Translations under genes and position numbers: made by a program
Notes under the pieces: model-generated
What the model was told of the DNA's origin: nothing
What the model saw: only the letters and a program-made list of their open reading frames with translations
Databases searched by the model: none
In this document: positions 1 through 12,546 of the stretch, piece by piece
Layout: every line of letters starts with the position of its first letter
Numbering within the stretch: the first letter of the stretch is position 1
Assembly: GCA_026026165.1 (NCBI GenBank)
Contig: JAPEUD010000056.1
Span: 62,001-126,000, forward strand
Direction: 5' to 3'
DNA: 64,000 nt
From: Sarea resinae
Lineage: Eukaryota

Positions 1-489
1 CAAGAATCGCAGTGTGTAGCTGGGTATCAACCTCAGGCGCAATGTGAACCGATCAAGGGCCACAAACAACCTGGCCAAGCTCCAGTGCCAGCGAGGATTA
101 GAGAGGCAGTGCGACGTCGAACACGTCGGCAAGATGATCCACTCCGGTAAGTCTACTATACTCACGCCCGACTCTTGCTGGTCCTCCGAATGAGTCGCTA
201 ATGTAATAGATCCTGGTCCAGATGCCCTCGAAAGCAATGAATACGGATTTAGATATAAGCAATGAACACGGATTTATATGTAAGAGCAATTGGAAAAAGC
301 ACGAGGGGACCGAAGAGCCACGAAAAGAGGAGAGCGATGAAGGGTAAAAATTTCAAACTTCAATTAGTGATCTAGGGGCCTGCATCGGGCTCGGCATCCT
401 CAGCGCTCTAGGTATCATGTTGAACATCATGATGGATCGTGATGAGCAGGTGTCTCAAAACAGCGGGCTCCTTTTCCCCAATAGCGACG

Positions 490-577
490 ATTGCGAACGA
501 CTAAGTAGAACAAATCAGCGGAACGACTCAGCGGAACGACTCAGCTGGACGAATCGGCTGAACGACTAAGCAGGACG
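490..577 (+). repeat. Degenerate 13-bp tandem repeat (~7 units, consensus CAGCGGAACGACT)
   Basis: Units read directly: attgcgaacgact / aagtagaacaaat / cagcggaacgact / cagcggaacgact / cagctggacgaat / cggctgaacgact / aagcaggacg. Confidence 0.8.
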
Positions 578-2622
578 CGCCACAATGGCGACCAGTCATC
601 CAGCAGTGGCGGAAACAACATCTGAGGCAGCGTAAGTCCTGACATCCAGTTTTCCCCTAAATCCCGAAGACATATATGAAGACTAATCCTCCTCGTAGAT
701 CCACTCCATGGAACGCGCACAGATATCAGGGTCTGGCTAATTGGCCATTCCAACTTAAGCAATTTGGACCGCCTCACACCTTCGAGCTGTGAGAGCGAGC
801 AAGTTGTTATCTCTCTTGATACAATGAAATCATTTCTAGAACTGAGAATCAAGCTCTACCGACTCGCTTCGACGAGCGAAGTTCCTCTTGCTGAGGCACA
901 GGGGTGGTCACCATAGAGAGTGATGGCGCGAGTATATCGAGCGCAACTTCTTTCCACAAATGGAGAAAAGGGCTCTCACCTCTTATCTTCTAAAGATCAG
1001 GTGACGCAGATGCCAGATACCGATCTTCCTGGCATTGAGCTCTTCATGCACCTGAAAGTCTCATGTCAAACGGAACAGACGAGCTTCGAGCTCGAAATTG
1101 TTGATGCTGAATGAACAGAAAGAAGGACCGGAAAGGCATGAATGTACCGCCCAAGCTCGGCGAGAAATACTTACTACAGGAGTGTTTCCACATCACGTCA
1201 GCTGGCATGAGTGGTGCGCCTAATTTGAATCACTGACGATTGTCGATTTCCGTATTTACTGCTCAGGCCTCGGAGCCGTCTCCTTAGACAGAGCAACTTC
1301 CTTCACAAATGTTGGGACTATTGGCTTCTTGGAGCCCAAGGTCTGTACCTTACCACCGCAGAGTCGCTCGTTGATCATGGAGATTGAAGCTGTCGTCACT
1401 GCAGCTCGGACGAACCTCTTGTTGAGATTCCTTGAAGAACCGGTGCCGCGTGAATTGGCTGCATTTCTCCCGAAACGCCGAAGCAGATTTTCTTTCGTTG
1501 AAATTGAAGTATTGCAATGAAAAGCACCCAGAGTCTGTCAATATATCAGCAAGGCAAGGACTCGACCACAAGCGAAATTCTTACGTCTTAGGGGTCGTAG
1601 TCTTCACTCGGTCGGGTGGGCTCTCGGACCATGGAATACGCTAATGAGGAGAAAGACTTAGAAACCAAGGGCAATGCTGCTCATGCCACAAACTATGGCC
1701 TAATCTTATATTTTTGAAAGATAAAGACTTACAGTCGCAACAAAATACTCTAAAAAGCAATAGAAAACAAGGCCGTTACGTTTGGGCCCGCACACGGAGT
1801 GATTTTCAAGTGTAGAAATTGCGTCGACCAGAGAAGGCGCACTTTGACGTCGAGAAGAACAGAGGCTATACACCTAGTCCTTAGAAAGACTTGGAGGAGC
1901 AGATACACACCTTTGAATGATTGGAAGAGCTCCGTATCAGTACCCTCTTGCGTGTTCATAGACGGCCTAGGTCTAGTTGTTGCACTGACAGGGTTTCACT
2001 TAGATGCAGCTCAAAGAAATTGAAGCTTGAATAGATGAAGCTTAAAGAAGATGGCACTCAAGGAAGAGAAGGAAAACGAAGATTATGCTAATGTGGCAAA
2101 GTGGTCCTCGAACCTCAGCTTCAGATAGGATAAGAGGCTTGGCCCTACCATAGCATGGAAGAAGCGCCATCAAGCTAGTAAGGTGACAAGGTCAAGGAAG
2201 CAGACGCACAGAACAAGGACCACGAAGCAAAAAAGCAGGAAAGCCGATATCAAATGCTAACTTTGCAGTTGAGTAAAGCAAACAGCTTGAGTCTGACACA
2301 AATACTAAAGCCGTCTTCATCGAGAAAAAACGGAGGCCAGTTCCTAGCTCGCTGACTGCCCTAGTGGTGCTGTTGCACTATGCATAGCGGCGTGTTTAGC
2401 ACTCGCCAGCAAGATGCTGCTGTGTTAATGCCAGCCAAAGAAGACGATTACTAGACGATAAAAACAGACTTTAGAATGCTTACTTTTCAACAATCAGAGA
2501 AATGCGGAACCCATTCAGATCAATGCGGTTTTTGAAGTACCAGGAAAAGTAAAGACTTACTCTTTGGCTAGTCAGAAGGAAAGACTCCCTGCCAAATCAA
2601 AAGGTAGAAAATACCTTTTCCA

Positions 2623-2915
2623 ATGCACCATTTTGACTGTTTCATCAGCCCAATCCCTGAGAGATTCGGCTTCGGCATCGGCTTCACCAGTGCCGCAAAA
2701 TGCGGCATTTGGACCGCTTCACCAAACCAATACACGAGAGATACGACTCTAATATCAGCAGTGTTGTAAAACGCGCCACTTTGACCGATTTGTTAATCCG
2801 ATACACGAAAGATAACGACTTCAGCTTCATCAGAGTTGTGAAATGCGGCAGTTCGACCGCTTCATCAACCCAATCCACGAGAGATTTCACTCTAATTATC
2901 TGAATGCCGCAAATG
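2623..2915 (+). repeat. Four diverged tandem units of 70-77 bp, probably a decayed peptide-repeat coding region
   Basis: Units start at 2623, 2700, 2771 and 2843. Cores translate MHHFDCFISPIPERF / MRHLDRFTKPIHERY / TRHFDRFVNPIHER* / MRQFDRFINPIHERF. Confidence 0.8.
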
Positions 2916-3822
2916 CGCCGAATTATAAGATGTTGTGGCCATGAAAGACTTACGTTGGTGGCGGAAACCAAAAAGAGAACGCGAAGAGGGACAGCCCTAC
3001 TTCGAAATACCAATGTAGGGGTCTTCACCGGCGAAGGGAAGATCAGACGCAGCTATCGACAGTGAAGATTCGACTGCACAGGGACGGCCGAGAAGCAATT
3101 CTAATTAGCCCAAAAGTGGCGTTGGAGTCAGTATATTGTTGCGATTGTGAATGCTGGGATCCTGGTTTTGCTGTTCTTTTCTTTTGAGGAGACGCTTTTC
3201 CCCCGCTTTTTATTTTCAGAATCTCTCCCTGTCAAGCATTACTTCCTGAGATCAATATAAAGGTCCATCAGCGTAAAGCTGATGTATACAGAGACAGACA
3301 GCCATTATGGCCAAAAAGGTGAACGCTCGGAAGGCAGACGTCATGAGAGAATAGTACTAGGTAGTCACAGATATGTACGCTAAGCGGGAGATAAAATATG
3401 GACAGAAGGGTAATGGCCTTACCTCCTGAGCCTCGGCTGATCTAAACCAAGAGACAGAACCAGCACAGGACAGCCAGAGAGGCCTTTCCCTGCCGAAGCA
3501 GTTCACGAAATCTGGAGCATTGTCGAAGAAAAAGATATTTCGAGAAATTTGACCCACGCTTTACATGCAGATCCAGACATGCAGGGTAGGCGCAGTCCGA
3601 CAAAGGACTTGTCTGAGGGCTAGGAGCAAAAACCAAGAAGAACGTGAAGAGAGAAAGGCAGATATGACACAAATGACCGAGAGAGAAGAGCATCACCGCT
3701 TGTCCGTCCCGCGATAGTGCCAAATCAAATAAAAAGGTCAACGCAAGACGGACGTCATTTAAATGGTCGAGAGACAATAGTATTCTCTTCCTGTGTTGGA
3801 GAAAGAAGGCTGGAACTGATCT

Positions 3823-3899
3823 GGCCTATTGAGTAACAATTTGACCCACAACAAAGCAAGCCAAGTCTAATCGGGCCCATTGAGTAACAATTCGACCCA
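3823..3899 (+). repeat. 26-bp direct repeat pair
   Basis: ggcctattgagtaacaatttgaccca (3823-3848) vs ggcccattgagtaacaattcgaccca (3874-3899), 2 mismatches. Confidence 0.85.
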
Positions 3900-5651
3900 G
3901 CGAAAAGATGATGTTACACGAATGGCCGGTAGGGAAGAGAATTGCCAGTCCTTTTTTGTAGGAGGAAGATATTATGAGACTAGGTTAATTTTCATAGTAG
4001 AAGCAGAAGATCAGTCAGGTATCTTCTCCTAATGTCTGCTCTGGGGTATGTATGGCTTGTATTCTGCCATCCCGACTACAGAGAGAGGTTTCAGACTCCC
4101 CAACTACAGGGAGCCTCCGGAGGGGTCGTTTCGCCGCTGGGTAGCCGGATTATTTATTCGCTGATACTGCAAAACGCAACCAGTGGACGCTGGAAAGGGA
4201 TTTGAGTGCTTTTCTCCATCGGCAAGAGAATGTACAATTGATCTTCTTGGTCGTGTTGATACCAATTGAAGAGGGGAGTCCTGGTTTGTGGAACTTCAAG
4301 GGCACACCTAACCTTGATAGTTTTGATTTTCAGGTTAGTCTTCAAATTCACTTGTACGAAGTACAACCGAACCCATGAGGTGTGATTGTCGGGGTAGGAG
4401 GAATCGCCCCAGGCCAAAAGCAACGAGAGGTTTTCACCATTGATTATGGCTGGTCTCTCCCTCCAATTCGACGGCATGGAGGGAGAGCACCACCATCCTC
4501 ATGGTAAAACAAGATGTGAGAGTCTCAGACGTTAGCGATTAGAACCAGTCTGAATGTATAAGAAATAAGCCCCGGCTTTCGAAGACCGAGAAGCGTAGAC
4601 ATCAGGAGTGGGGTGTCTAGCTGACCTCGAATTGCGCTCGAAGAGCATCGTCTGGCCGCACTCTTTGAGGCGTTTTGACGAAACAGAGAGCGGAAGTGAC
4701 TCATGGGAGACGATTTCGACAAAGTCACAGCATACCTGCAGAAGTAGAGGCGGCAAGCCATGAGTCAGTACAGAGAGCCTTTACGGTATTCAAGCTTACT
4801 GAGGAACAACTTCTGCCTTGCAGCCTCACGTAAAATAAAGGCTGCAACCGTTCTCGAAGACGGACTGTCGATACTGAAGCTTTTAGGATGCACGATCGGG
4901 CTTTTGCTCCCGCCAGATTGGTCGGGATGAAACTCGAGTCTGTTTCTCCTGATATAAAATCGATTACCCCACCCAACCCCATCGACACTGATACTATATT
5001 GAGCGATCCTTCAAGCGCAGGAATCTTGGCCGCAATAGCTCTCATAAGAAGCAACGCTTCACACAGCACTATCCCTCTTCGACGGCCTACCTTGGGCTCT
5101 ACAAGTCTACGATATGAGCTATGACTTATCTAATCCGGAAACCCTGGCGTCTTTAGGTCGGGGATGTTCTTGAAATTAATGTTTTGGGATTGCGAGGCTC
5201 TTGCACACGGATGGAGAGGTGGAGCGGGACGGGTTTGAGGGTCAAGAGAGCGTGGCATTTTTATTAGAGTTATGGCTTCGTGATTGCCAGGCTCTTCAAC
5301 ACGGTTGGACGGGTGCACTGGCATGATGTTGATTGTCACGACTACGCAAAGGGTTTGTTGGAGTTGGATAGGAGTATCAAGGCCTTCCTACGATGACTTG
5401 GCATTGTATGTCCTTTGCATGGGATTATTAGACCGAACAATTAGACCGAGAATGAGAAAAAAGATTTCACTTGCAACTTGCAACGAGAGATTGCCTTATA
5501 TAGTTGTGGAATTTACTCGGGCTACTCTGCGTGCAAAGTAACTCGGTAGAATGAACGACTGCTCATGTGGCTTTTGCTGCCGACCTCCTCGTAGCTAAGG
5601 TAGATGGGCTGGATGTGGTCCCATTACATACAACGTAGTACTGTAGTCGCT

Positions 5652-5828
5652 GATCGAAGCCGAGGACCAGAGAGGGTTAGAACGCATCGCGAGAGTGGAG
5701 TCTGGCGATGGCGCACGGCACAACGGCAGGATGGGAATCGTCAGAGGGGAGACCCAATTCTGGTGTTTACGACGGTCGACCCACCTGAAATGCGTTGGGC
5801 GATCGATGGAGATGGTCAGCATGATCGA
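5652..5828. promoter_or_regulatory. Cluster of GATCGA motifs upstream of bli-3 (candidate White Collar light-response elements)
   Basis: GATCGA at 5652, 5801 and 5823, the latter two as a GATCGATGG direct repeat. The downstream gene is a homologue of blue-light-inducible bli-3. Confidence 0.4.
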
Positions 5829-6396
5829 TGGGAAATGATAGTCGAGCAACTTAGCCCTACTCCGTACCTTACCTAGTAGCCCTGGGGGCGATGTACCTCC
5901 AGGGCTGCCCAGGGTCGTCCGGAATGATCATTGCATTGCCCGGGAATGATGCCATATGCCATCATGGCCGACCTGCCTGACTTCGTACATGATGACATCA
6001 ATGTTATTGTATCCCGTCCCTCTCCCACCAATTCAACTCATACTACCCCACACCACAGGGCTAATGGAGCTGCTGTTACACTGATCTTACACCCGACTGA
6101 TTTAAATACCACTTCGACTACGAGACACTTACCTTTCCACTTGCTGCCCCTCAATCAATTTACTGCCAGAAAAATAACATTGTTCATTCACGTAGCCTTT
6201 GACAGAGGTAAGGCTTTATCTTCTTGTCATACGCAGCATGAAGTCGCTCGCACGTCTTCGACTCTCCCACTTCAATTCCGCCATCTCATGCTCATCTCGA
6301 AAGCCTCTGCTCACTCCATGCAACAGATCACTCCTGTACCGTACAGCAAAAGACCCATTCCATTTCAGAGTGCTTCACACCACCGCCAGCTTCAAG

Positions 6397-7130
6397 ATGT
6401 CAAATTCCAGCTTCAGCAACGCGAACACGGGGGACAAGCCTGCCGACCCTTACAAGGCGAAGAATGTTGAAAGCCAAACTCCTCTAAAGGAGAAGGTTGA
6501 GGATTTGGTCAGCTTCATCGAAGCACAGAAGTTTGGCATGATGACGACGAGAGTAGCGAGCTCCGGCTTGTTGGTGTCGCGATGCATGGCTCTGGCGGCA
6601 AAGGTTACAATCAATGTTCGAAATAAATATGCCTCAGCTAACCAAAATACAGGAAGAGGGTGGCGTGGACCTTCTTTTCCACACGAATACCGAGTCCGGC
6701 AAGACAGACGACCTTCAGACCGACAAGCACATCAACATTTCATTCTTAGATTCTACCGGCGCCTGGGCATCTGTCTCAGGCACTGCTGAAATCGATACGG
6801 ATCGTGCGACCGTGAAGAAGTATTACTCGCCCGCCCTCAAGGCGTGGCTTGGAGACCTCGGCGACGGTGTCCACGATGGCGGGCCAGATGACCCAAGAAT
6901 TGGAGTTATCAAGGTCAAAGCAATCACCGCAACCTACGCCGTCACGACCCGCGGAGTGTTGGGCCGCAATACAGAATTCATCAAGGGTGTCGTCACAGGT
7001 CAAGCCCCAGAGGTTAACAAGCTGCGGGAATTGAGCTCCGAAGAGCTTGATCAATGTAAGTCTTTTGATTCGATGTACTCTTGCTGCAAGCAGCATACTA
7101 AATCGTAAATCAGGGCGCGCTACTCATTGA
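6397..7130 (+). CDS. bli-3: Bli-3-like protein (pyridoxamine 5'-phosphate oxidase-like / general stress protein fold)
   Basis: Exons 6397-6603, 6653-7055 and 7114-7130 with GT-AG introns. Motifs FSNANTGDKPADPYKAKN, KFGMMTTR..SGLLVSRCMALAA, LLFHTNTESGKTDDL and AWLGDLGDGVHDGGPDDPRIGVI. An in-frame upstream ATG lies at 6238. Confidence 0.88.
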
Positions 7131-8329
7131 TCTGGACCATGGATGTAACGATTAGATGAGGCTATGCTAGCAGCTTGCACGGAGCAGGAGGTCACTGGAT
7201 TATGCTTGTTCTAATAGGACTCACTGGAAGCAAATCAAATCAGAAAGACTCAAATTGACAATAATTCAGCTTAAACTTTACCTCTATCTCAAAATCGTGA
7301 AGCCCACCTTTTCGGACTTGACAACTAATGCCAGCTAGAATATCAGACCGTAACAGACACCAGCAGCCAACACAGCATTGACGGACAAGTTCGTGCGCTC
7401 CAGAGTAAATAGTGATCAATCAGTGGAAGAAGTCGGGGCTGGCCATTATCATGCTAGCGAAATACGGCGGAGTTGAGAACAGCGGAGAATATTGGCTAAG
7501 GGCTACCAGGCTTGGATCTTAGCCGTTGATCTGCGGCACGGACCAAGCGACGATGGTAGCCGTCACCTACTTGAGGTATGCATTCAGATGCAGATCAAAT
7601 CGAGGTCGATCAGGTTTGCCCCAGCCAGATCCTACATATATACGCCCTACCTGCGCCGTACACACCCTTCATGCACGGCGTTTCCAAAGGTAGGTGGGTG
7701 ATTGAAAATCGCGTCCGAGAGCATGGCATCGCAGCTCATCTCTGCCTAAGCATCCCCATACCTCATTAGGTACTAGAGAGCTGGAGGGCAGACAGAATGT
7801 CCGGCGGCGCCTTTTCTTCAGGTGCTGGGTTGGCCACATATTAATTCCTTTTCTGCGTCATGGCTGGCCGGGCCTACAGTCCTTCTGATGTGCATGTATT
7901 GTCATCGCCACGGCGTGCATGATTGGGGCGAGCATCACCAGAGTAGGAATCGGTTCTTTGACCACGGCATAAGTGTCTTAAGATATGATCATCGATCAAT
8001 GATCGGGGTAAAATGCGACAGTGACTCAAGAGCCGCATACCCGCACGTTCGTAGAGATTTTTCATCATATTGAATTGAAAACTAAAATAGTGCAAAGGAC
8101 GGTGAAGGTCATTTGGGTGCAATCCAGGGGATCCTGACAAGGTTGGTAGTAACAGACGACCGTAGAAGCTTCATAATTGCATGACTGGCTCCTTACGCCT
8201 ACTGTAAATTCCGATCATCAAAGCCATCAACTTCACCGACTGCTAAGCAGTACTCAAAACAGAAGCATAACGCAACCACGCACCACCTTCTTCTCGTCGC
8301 CGCTTGTTAACAAGTCACCTAACACCATC

Positions 8330-8992
8330 ATGGCGGACAACAAACGATCCGGCGCCTACGGCAACGAGCCCTCCAACGATGCCTCGTTCCGCAAAACGTG
8401 GGACCGCTCCGAATACGCCGCCAAAGCGGCCGCACGCGACGCCGCGGGAAAGGAAGAATCCAAAGCCCGGCGCGAGGCTGCGCTCGCCGGCAAGAAATAC
8501 GTCGCGCATCGGGCGGCCACCCCCCCGGACGCAGTGGAGACGCAATCCCGGGCGCAGCGTCTGGACGTCAGTGCGCAGGTGGGCAAGACGACGCTGGTGG
8601 CGGCGGGCGCGGCCGTGGGCAAACGCGGCAAGGGGGCCGGGTTCTACTGCCAGGATTGCGATCTCACGTTCAAGGATAATCTGCAGTTTGTCGAGCATCT
8701 GAACTCGAGACAGCATCTGGTGGCGACGGGCCAGAGTGGCGAGGTGCGCAAGGCGACGGTGGACGAGGTCAGGGAGAGGTTGAGGTGGTTGAAGAGGAAG
8801 CGGGACGAGGAGGCTGAGGATAAGGTCGTCGATTTGGGGGCTAGGCTGGAGAAGGCCAGGGAAGTGGAGGAGCGGGAGAGGGAGGAGAAGAGAGCAAAAC
8901 GGAGGGAGAAGAGGAGGAAGATGAAGGGCAAGGGCGAGGATACGGAGGCGCCGATCAAGGCTGAAGAAGTGGATGTTACGGGGGTAGCGTGA
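8330..8992 (+). CDS. SNU23: U4/U6.U5 tri-snRNP zinc-finger protein Snu23/ZMAT2
   Basis: Single exon. FRKTWDRSEY, then GKGAGFYCQDCDLTFKDNLQFVEHLNSRQH (matrin-type C2H2 finger), then a charged coiled-coil tail. Confidence 0.9.
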   Translation: MADNKRSGAYGNEPSNDASFRKTWDRSEYAAKAAARDAAGKEESKARREAALAGKKYVAHRAATPPDAVETQSRAQRLDVSAQVGKTTLVAAGAAVGKRGKGAGFYCQDCDLTFKDNLQFVEHLNSRQHLVATGQSGEVRKATVDEVRERLRWLKRKRDEEAEDKVVDLGARLEKAREVEEREREEKRAKRREKRRKMKGKGEDTEAPIKAEEVDVTGVA

Positions 8993-10302
8993 GCTTGGTG
9001 GCTCTCTTGCAAAGTAGGATGCTGCGTCTCGTTGATAATGGCACCTTGCATCCATCGGAACCTCCACCCAACAGAGCGCTCGGCACAACGAACTGGGTCA
9101 CGACGTCGAACTCTCAGCCTACTTTGCCAGTCTTTGTCTCCGTTACCCGCATCTCACGGACGCCTCTCTCACCGCCAAAGGGCATCTATCCTGCTCTCCA
9201 CCCATCTACCACGGCCAGTCTGGGCGCGAATACAATACAGCGGACAGCAAGGCAAGGCTAATGCCCCGACCAGCAACACAACAAATCCGCCCCAGCCAGC
9301 ACAATGTGAAGAGCACACCAATGCAGACTATATGGTGCAGTAAACCCTAGCTCAACCGCATCTCCAGCTGTCCAGAAGTCCGATTCGAGGGTCTCCCAAA
9401 GCACACGTCCGAATGGGAACTCACGGAAGCGGTCAGCCGAGGAAGACGAGAGCCGAAGGACGCAAGACGAAGAGCAATAGAGAGGAGAGAAACTATCTCA
9501 GACGAGGGCGAGCGACACGGGATCAAATCCACCCCTTCCTGGCCTTACAACGTTGACGCGTCCGGTCTGCCTACTCGGTTATGTATCTATCTATCCATCA
9601 ATGCATCCATCAGCGCATCCATTCACACAAGCACGACCCCCAAAGCGGAAGACCGAGCCATTCTCACCCCGCTCAACCCTTCGTCTAGCCTTGTCTACCT
9701 CGTGCAATAATACAAGCTTTGACCGTGTCTATAGTGGGTCAAGTGACAGAGAATACTATTATTACTGTGAATATCAACTATGACTGTAATATCTGTATTC
9801 ACCCTTGATGTGATGACTTCTGTACGTATGTGTGAAAACGAGAAAATCAGAAATCCCGAAAATCTAATTGAGATCGAAAAGACCAAAAGAGGAACGAAAA
9901 GGAGAGGAACAGCAAAGAAGAAGAAAAGGGAAAAGACAGCCTTCTGACACTTGCTATACCCGTCAAATTATTTGCAGTATCACAAACTATCTTCGACCGA
10001 AAAGAAAAAAAAAAGGAAAAAACCAATAAGCTAAGGAAATATTCCTGGAAGACAACTATCTACCTCAGAAAGGCTAGAGAAAGAGGGTTGAAAAGGTAAA
10101 ACGGGAGGTGCAGAGAACAGAAAGACGGAACGGGTGTCTTCTTACAGTTTCTAGAGTATGACACAATAGAGTGACAGATAGACTAAGATAGATAGATAGA
10201 TTTCTAGGTAAGGTAAGGTAAGTAAGGTAGGTGTAAATGCTCAGATAGTCTCAGGTAGAGGCGACTAGGGGTTTTAGCTACTGTACGAAGTACGTAAGAG
10301 AG

Positions 10303-10372
10303 ATCTCTTCTCTTCTCCTCTCCTCTACTCTGCTCTGCTCTTCTCCTCTACTCTGCTCTGCCCTACTCTACC
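10303..10372 (+). repeat. Low-complexity pyrimidine-rich (CTCTN)n tract
   Basis: ctcttctcttctcctctcctctactctgctctgctc... Neighbouring (GATA)n and (GGTAA)n runs lie at 10185-10230. Confidence 0.75.
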
Positions 10373-11255
10373 CCAATACCTCGTATCTAGCAGCACAGTA
10401 ACAGCATCACAGAACCTTGAAACCCAGCTTCGACGCCCCTATCACCGCGCCGTATTCCACACTTCCATAGGTTCCTCGATATGATTGATTGATTGCACAG
10501 CAATCCTACCGATAGTATTCAAGCTTCCATCTCACTGGATACGGCCATGCCGCATTCCAGCCTCGAGAGTCTGCCGTGTTGATGTTGATATTGACGCTGG
10601 CACGAAAGCGGGCCTCGGTCTCTCGGGGTATGGAAACATCTCCTGGGAATGGCATGGGGATAGGAATGGAGATACAGAGGCGCCTTGGAATAGCTGTAGA
10701 GATCGTGTTTCAGGGCGGTTTCTCTCTTGCTGCTTTTTCGTTTCTTTGCGTAGATGGGAGCGAAAAGAGGGGGGTTGGCTGTGATGTGTTAATAGGGGAA
10801 AGCCGGAAAGCCGTGTCAGGTCATCTCGGGTCATGTCGAGTTGAGTTCAGTTGAGTCACTGGGTGAGCGGCGTGCTGTTGCGTCCTCCCTTGTCTGTAGC
10901 TATACTCCGAGTATTCCTTCATTCCCGTCACTGACTCTCTCGCTCGCTCACTCGCTCGGCTGGGCTCGGCTGGGCCTGGCTTCGTGCCGTCTACTTGGAT
11001 CGGTGCCTGCCATTGTGTTGCACGCGTGCCGGTGAGTCTGGCTGGCTATAGTGTTTTGCCTTGAACCCTCGATACTTCTTGGCTTGGCCCTCGATTCTTC
11101 TTTTCTCTCATGTAGTTGCCTCACCCGCTCACTCTACTCTCGTGTGCGGAGAGGGGCATCGCGACGAGGGAGGACGGAAGGGAGAGTAAGAGGAAGGGAT
11201 GATTTATAGCTAGCTGGATGAGGCGCAGATTCATGCACCCCATAGAGCAAAACCC

Positions 11256-12546
11256 TCAATCCACACTCGACTGGGCTGCCACGTCTCTCCACCCCTCAAA
11301 CACGGACCCTCCACGATCATGTGCTTCTACGTCTTGTGACGTTCCCGTCCCTTGCCCGGCTGAGACCTCGCGCCAGCCCCACGCGACGCAATAATGCCGG
11401 GCCAACAAGCGCCACTCTTCAACCTCGTCTAGCATCTCCAACCCGGCTACGCGCTCCTTCTCGTCGTCGCTGACCCACCGTTCCCAGATGAAATCCACGT
11501 CTGCAGCCCCCTGCCCGGACGCGAACCCCATCATGCGCATCCTCTCCCGCTGGCGAGACAGCGACGAGTATTTTTTCAGCGTCTGCAGCACGATTCCGCG
11601 CGCCGCGAGGTTAGACACCATCATTGCGCCGAAGGCGTCCGAGGCCGGGTTGATGGGCTCGTAGACGATGAGCGAGAGCGGCGTGCTGGGCGCGAGTAGC
11701 TGCGAGGTGAAGTATTTCAGAATGTTGTCTGCTGCGGTAGGCGGGAGGTAGATTAGACAGCATTCGGAGAGGAGGAGTGTTGGTATGGCTGCGTCGATGT
11801 GTGGGATTAATGATGTTTGTGCATTTGGGGTTTCCGAGCCATGTGATTGTTGTTGGGGGACGGAGAGAGTGCGGAGGTCGAGCGGGTGGATGTGGTACGT
11901 GGGGGTGTGTAAGGCGGACTCGTCTTCGGATACCGTTATGCTTGGGTCCGAGGAATTGCTGGCGGATTGGAGCAACGAAGTCATTTCCGGAGAGTGTCTG
12001 ATGGCGGTAATCTTCTGGCGCGTGTTGGCTGGGAAGTCGATCTCGTGGTAGATGAGTGATGGGGACGGGTTGGCCGACTTTCGAAGCCGGAAGTACCGCG
12101 TGTCTGAGCCCGCGCCGAGAGAGATGATTTGCTTCTTCTGTGAGGGGTTGGAAGCTAGAAATCGGTTGACTAGATCGTCAATTGCGGTGGTACGAACAAA
12201 GGTGCCTGACAGGATATTAGCTGGCTTCTGAAGGGGCGCAAGGATGAAAGGAGCATGAGCGAGACATACCTCGATTGATGATAGGGAATTTCCGCGGTGC
12301 TTTCTCCAGGGTGAAATGATGTGCGAATGGATCATCTAGATAGCCCAATTCCACAGCACTCATCCGCGACACGCTGGCATCTTGGTCCGTCTGCTGCACC
12401 ACCTTGTCCTTCTGCGAGTCGCTCTCAGCGGTGGAAGGCCCGCCAGAGGGAGGACCGCCGTGGTGGTTTCCTCGTCCACGACCTCCGCGAGTACTCGAGC
12501 GGGCACTGCGGAGGGTGTTGAGGTTGGGGATTTGCGAGGCCGACAT
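11256..12546 (-). CDS. PPM1: Leucine carboxyl methyltransferase 1 (PP2A methyltransferase)
   Basis: Exons 12546-12270 and 12205-11256. Motifs VQQTDQDASVSRMSAVELGYLDDPFA, PIINRGT, QIISLGAGSDTRYFRL, LLSECCLIYL and EMLDEVEEWRLLARHY. Confidence 0.93.

Noticed and set aside
6208..6236. gtaagg...cgcag mini-intron before the upstream bli-3 ATG
   Set aside because: Only 29 nt with no clear branch point, shorter than the other introns here (about 47 nt or more).
8315..9088. 257-aa antisense ORF, and similar shadow ORFs at 40341-41219, 15245-15805 and 41594-42232
   Set aside because: They overlap well-supported genes in GC-rich or low-complexity coding sequence and have no recognisable motifs.
9809..9950. 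Possible C/D snoRNA (TGATGA...CTGA)
   Set aside because: The intervening sequence is A-rich low complexity, with no convincing terminal stem or recognisable rRNA guide.
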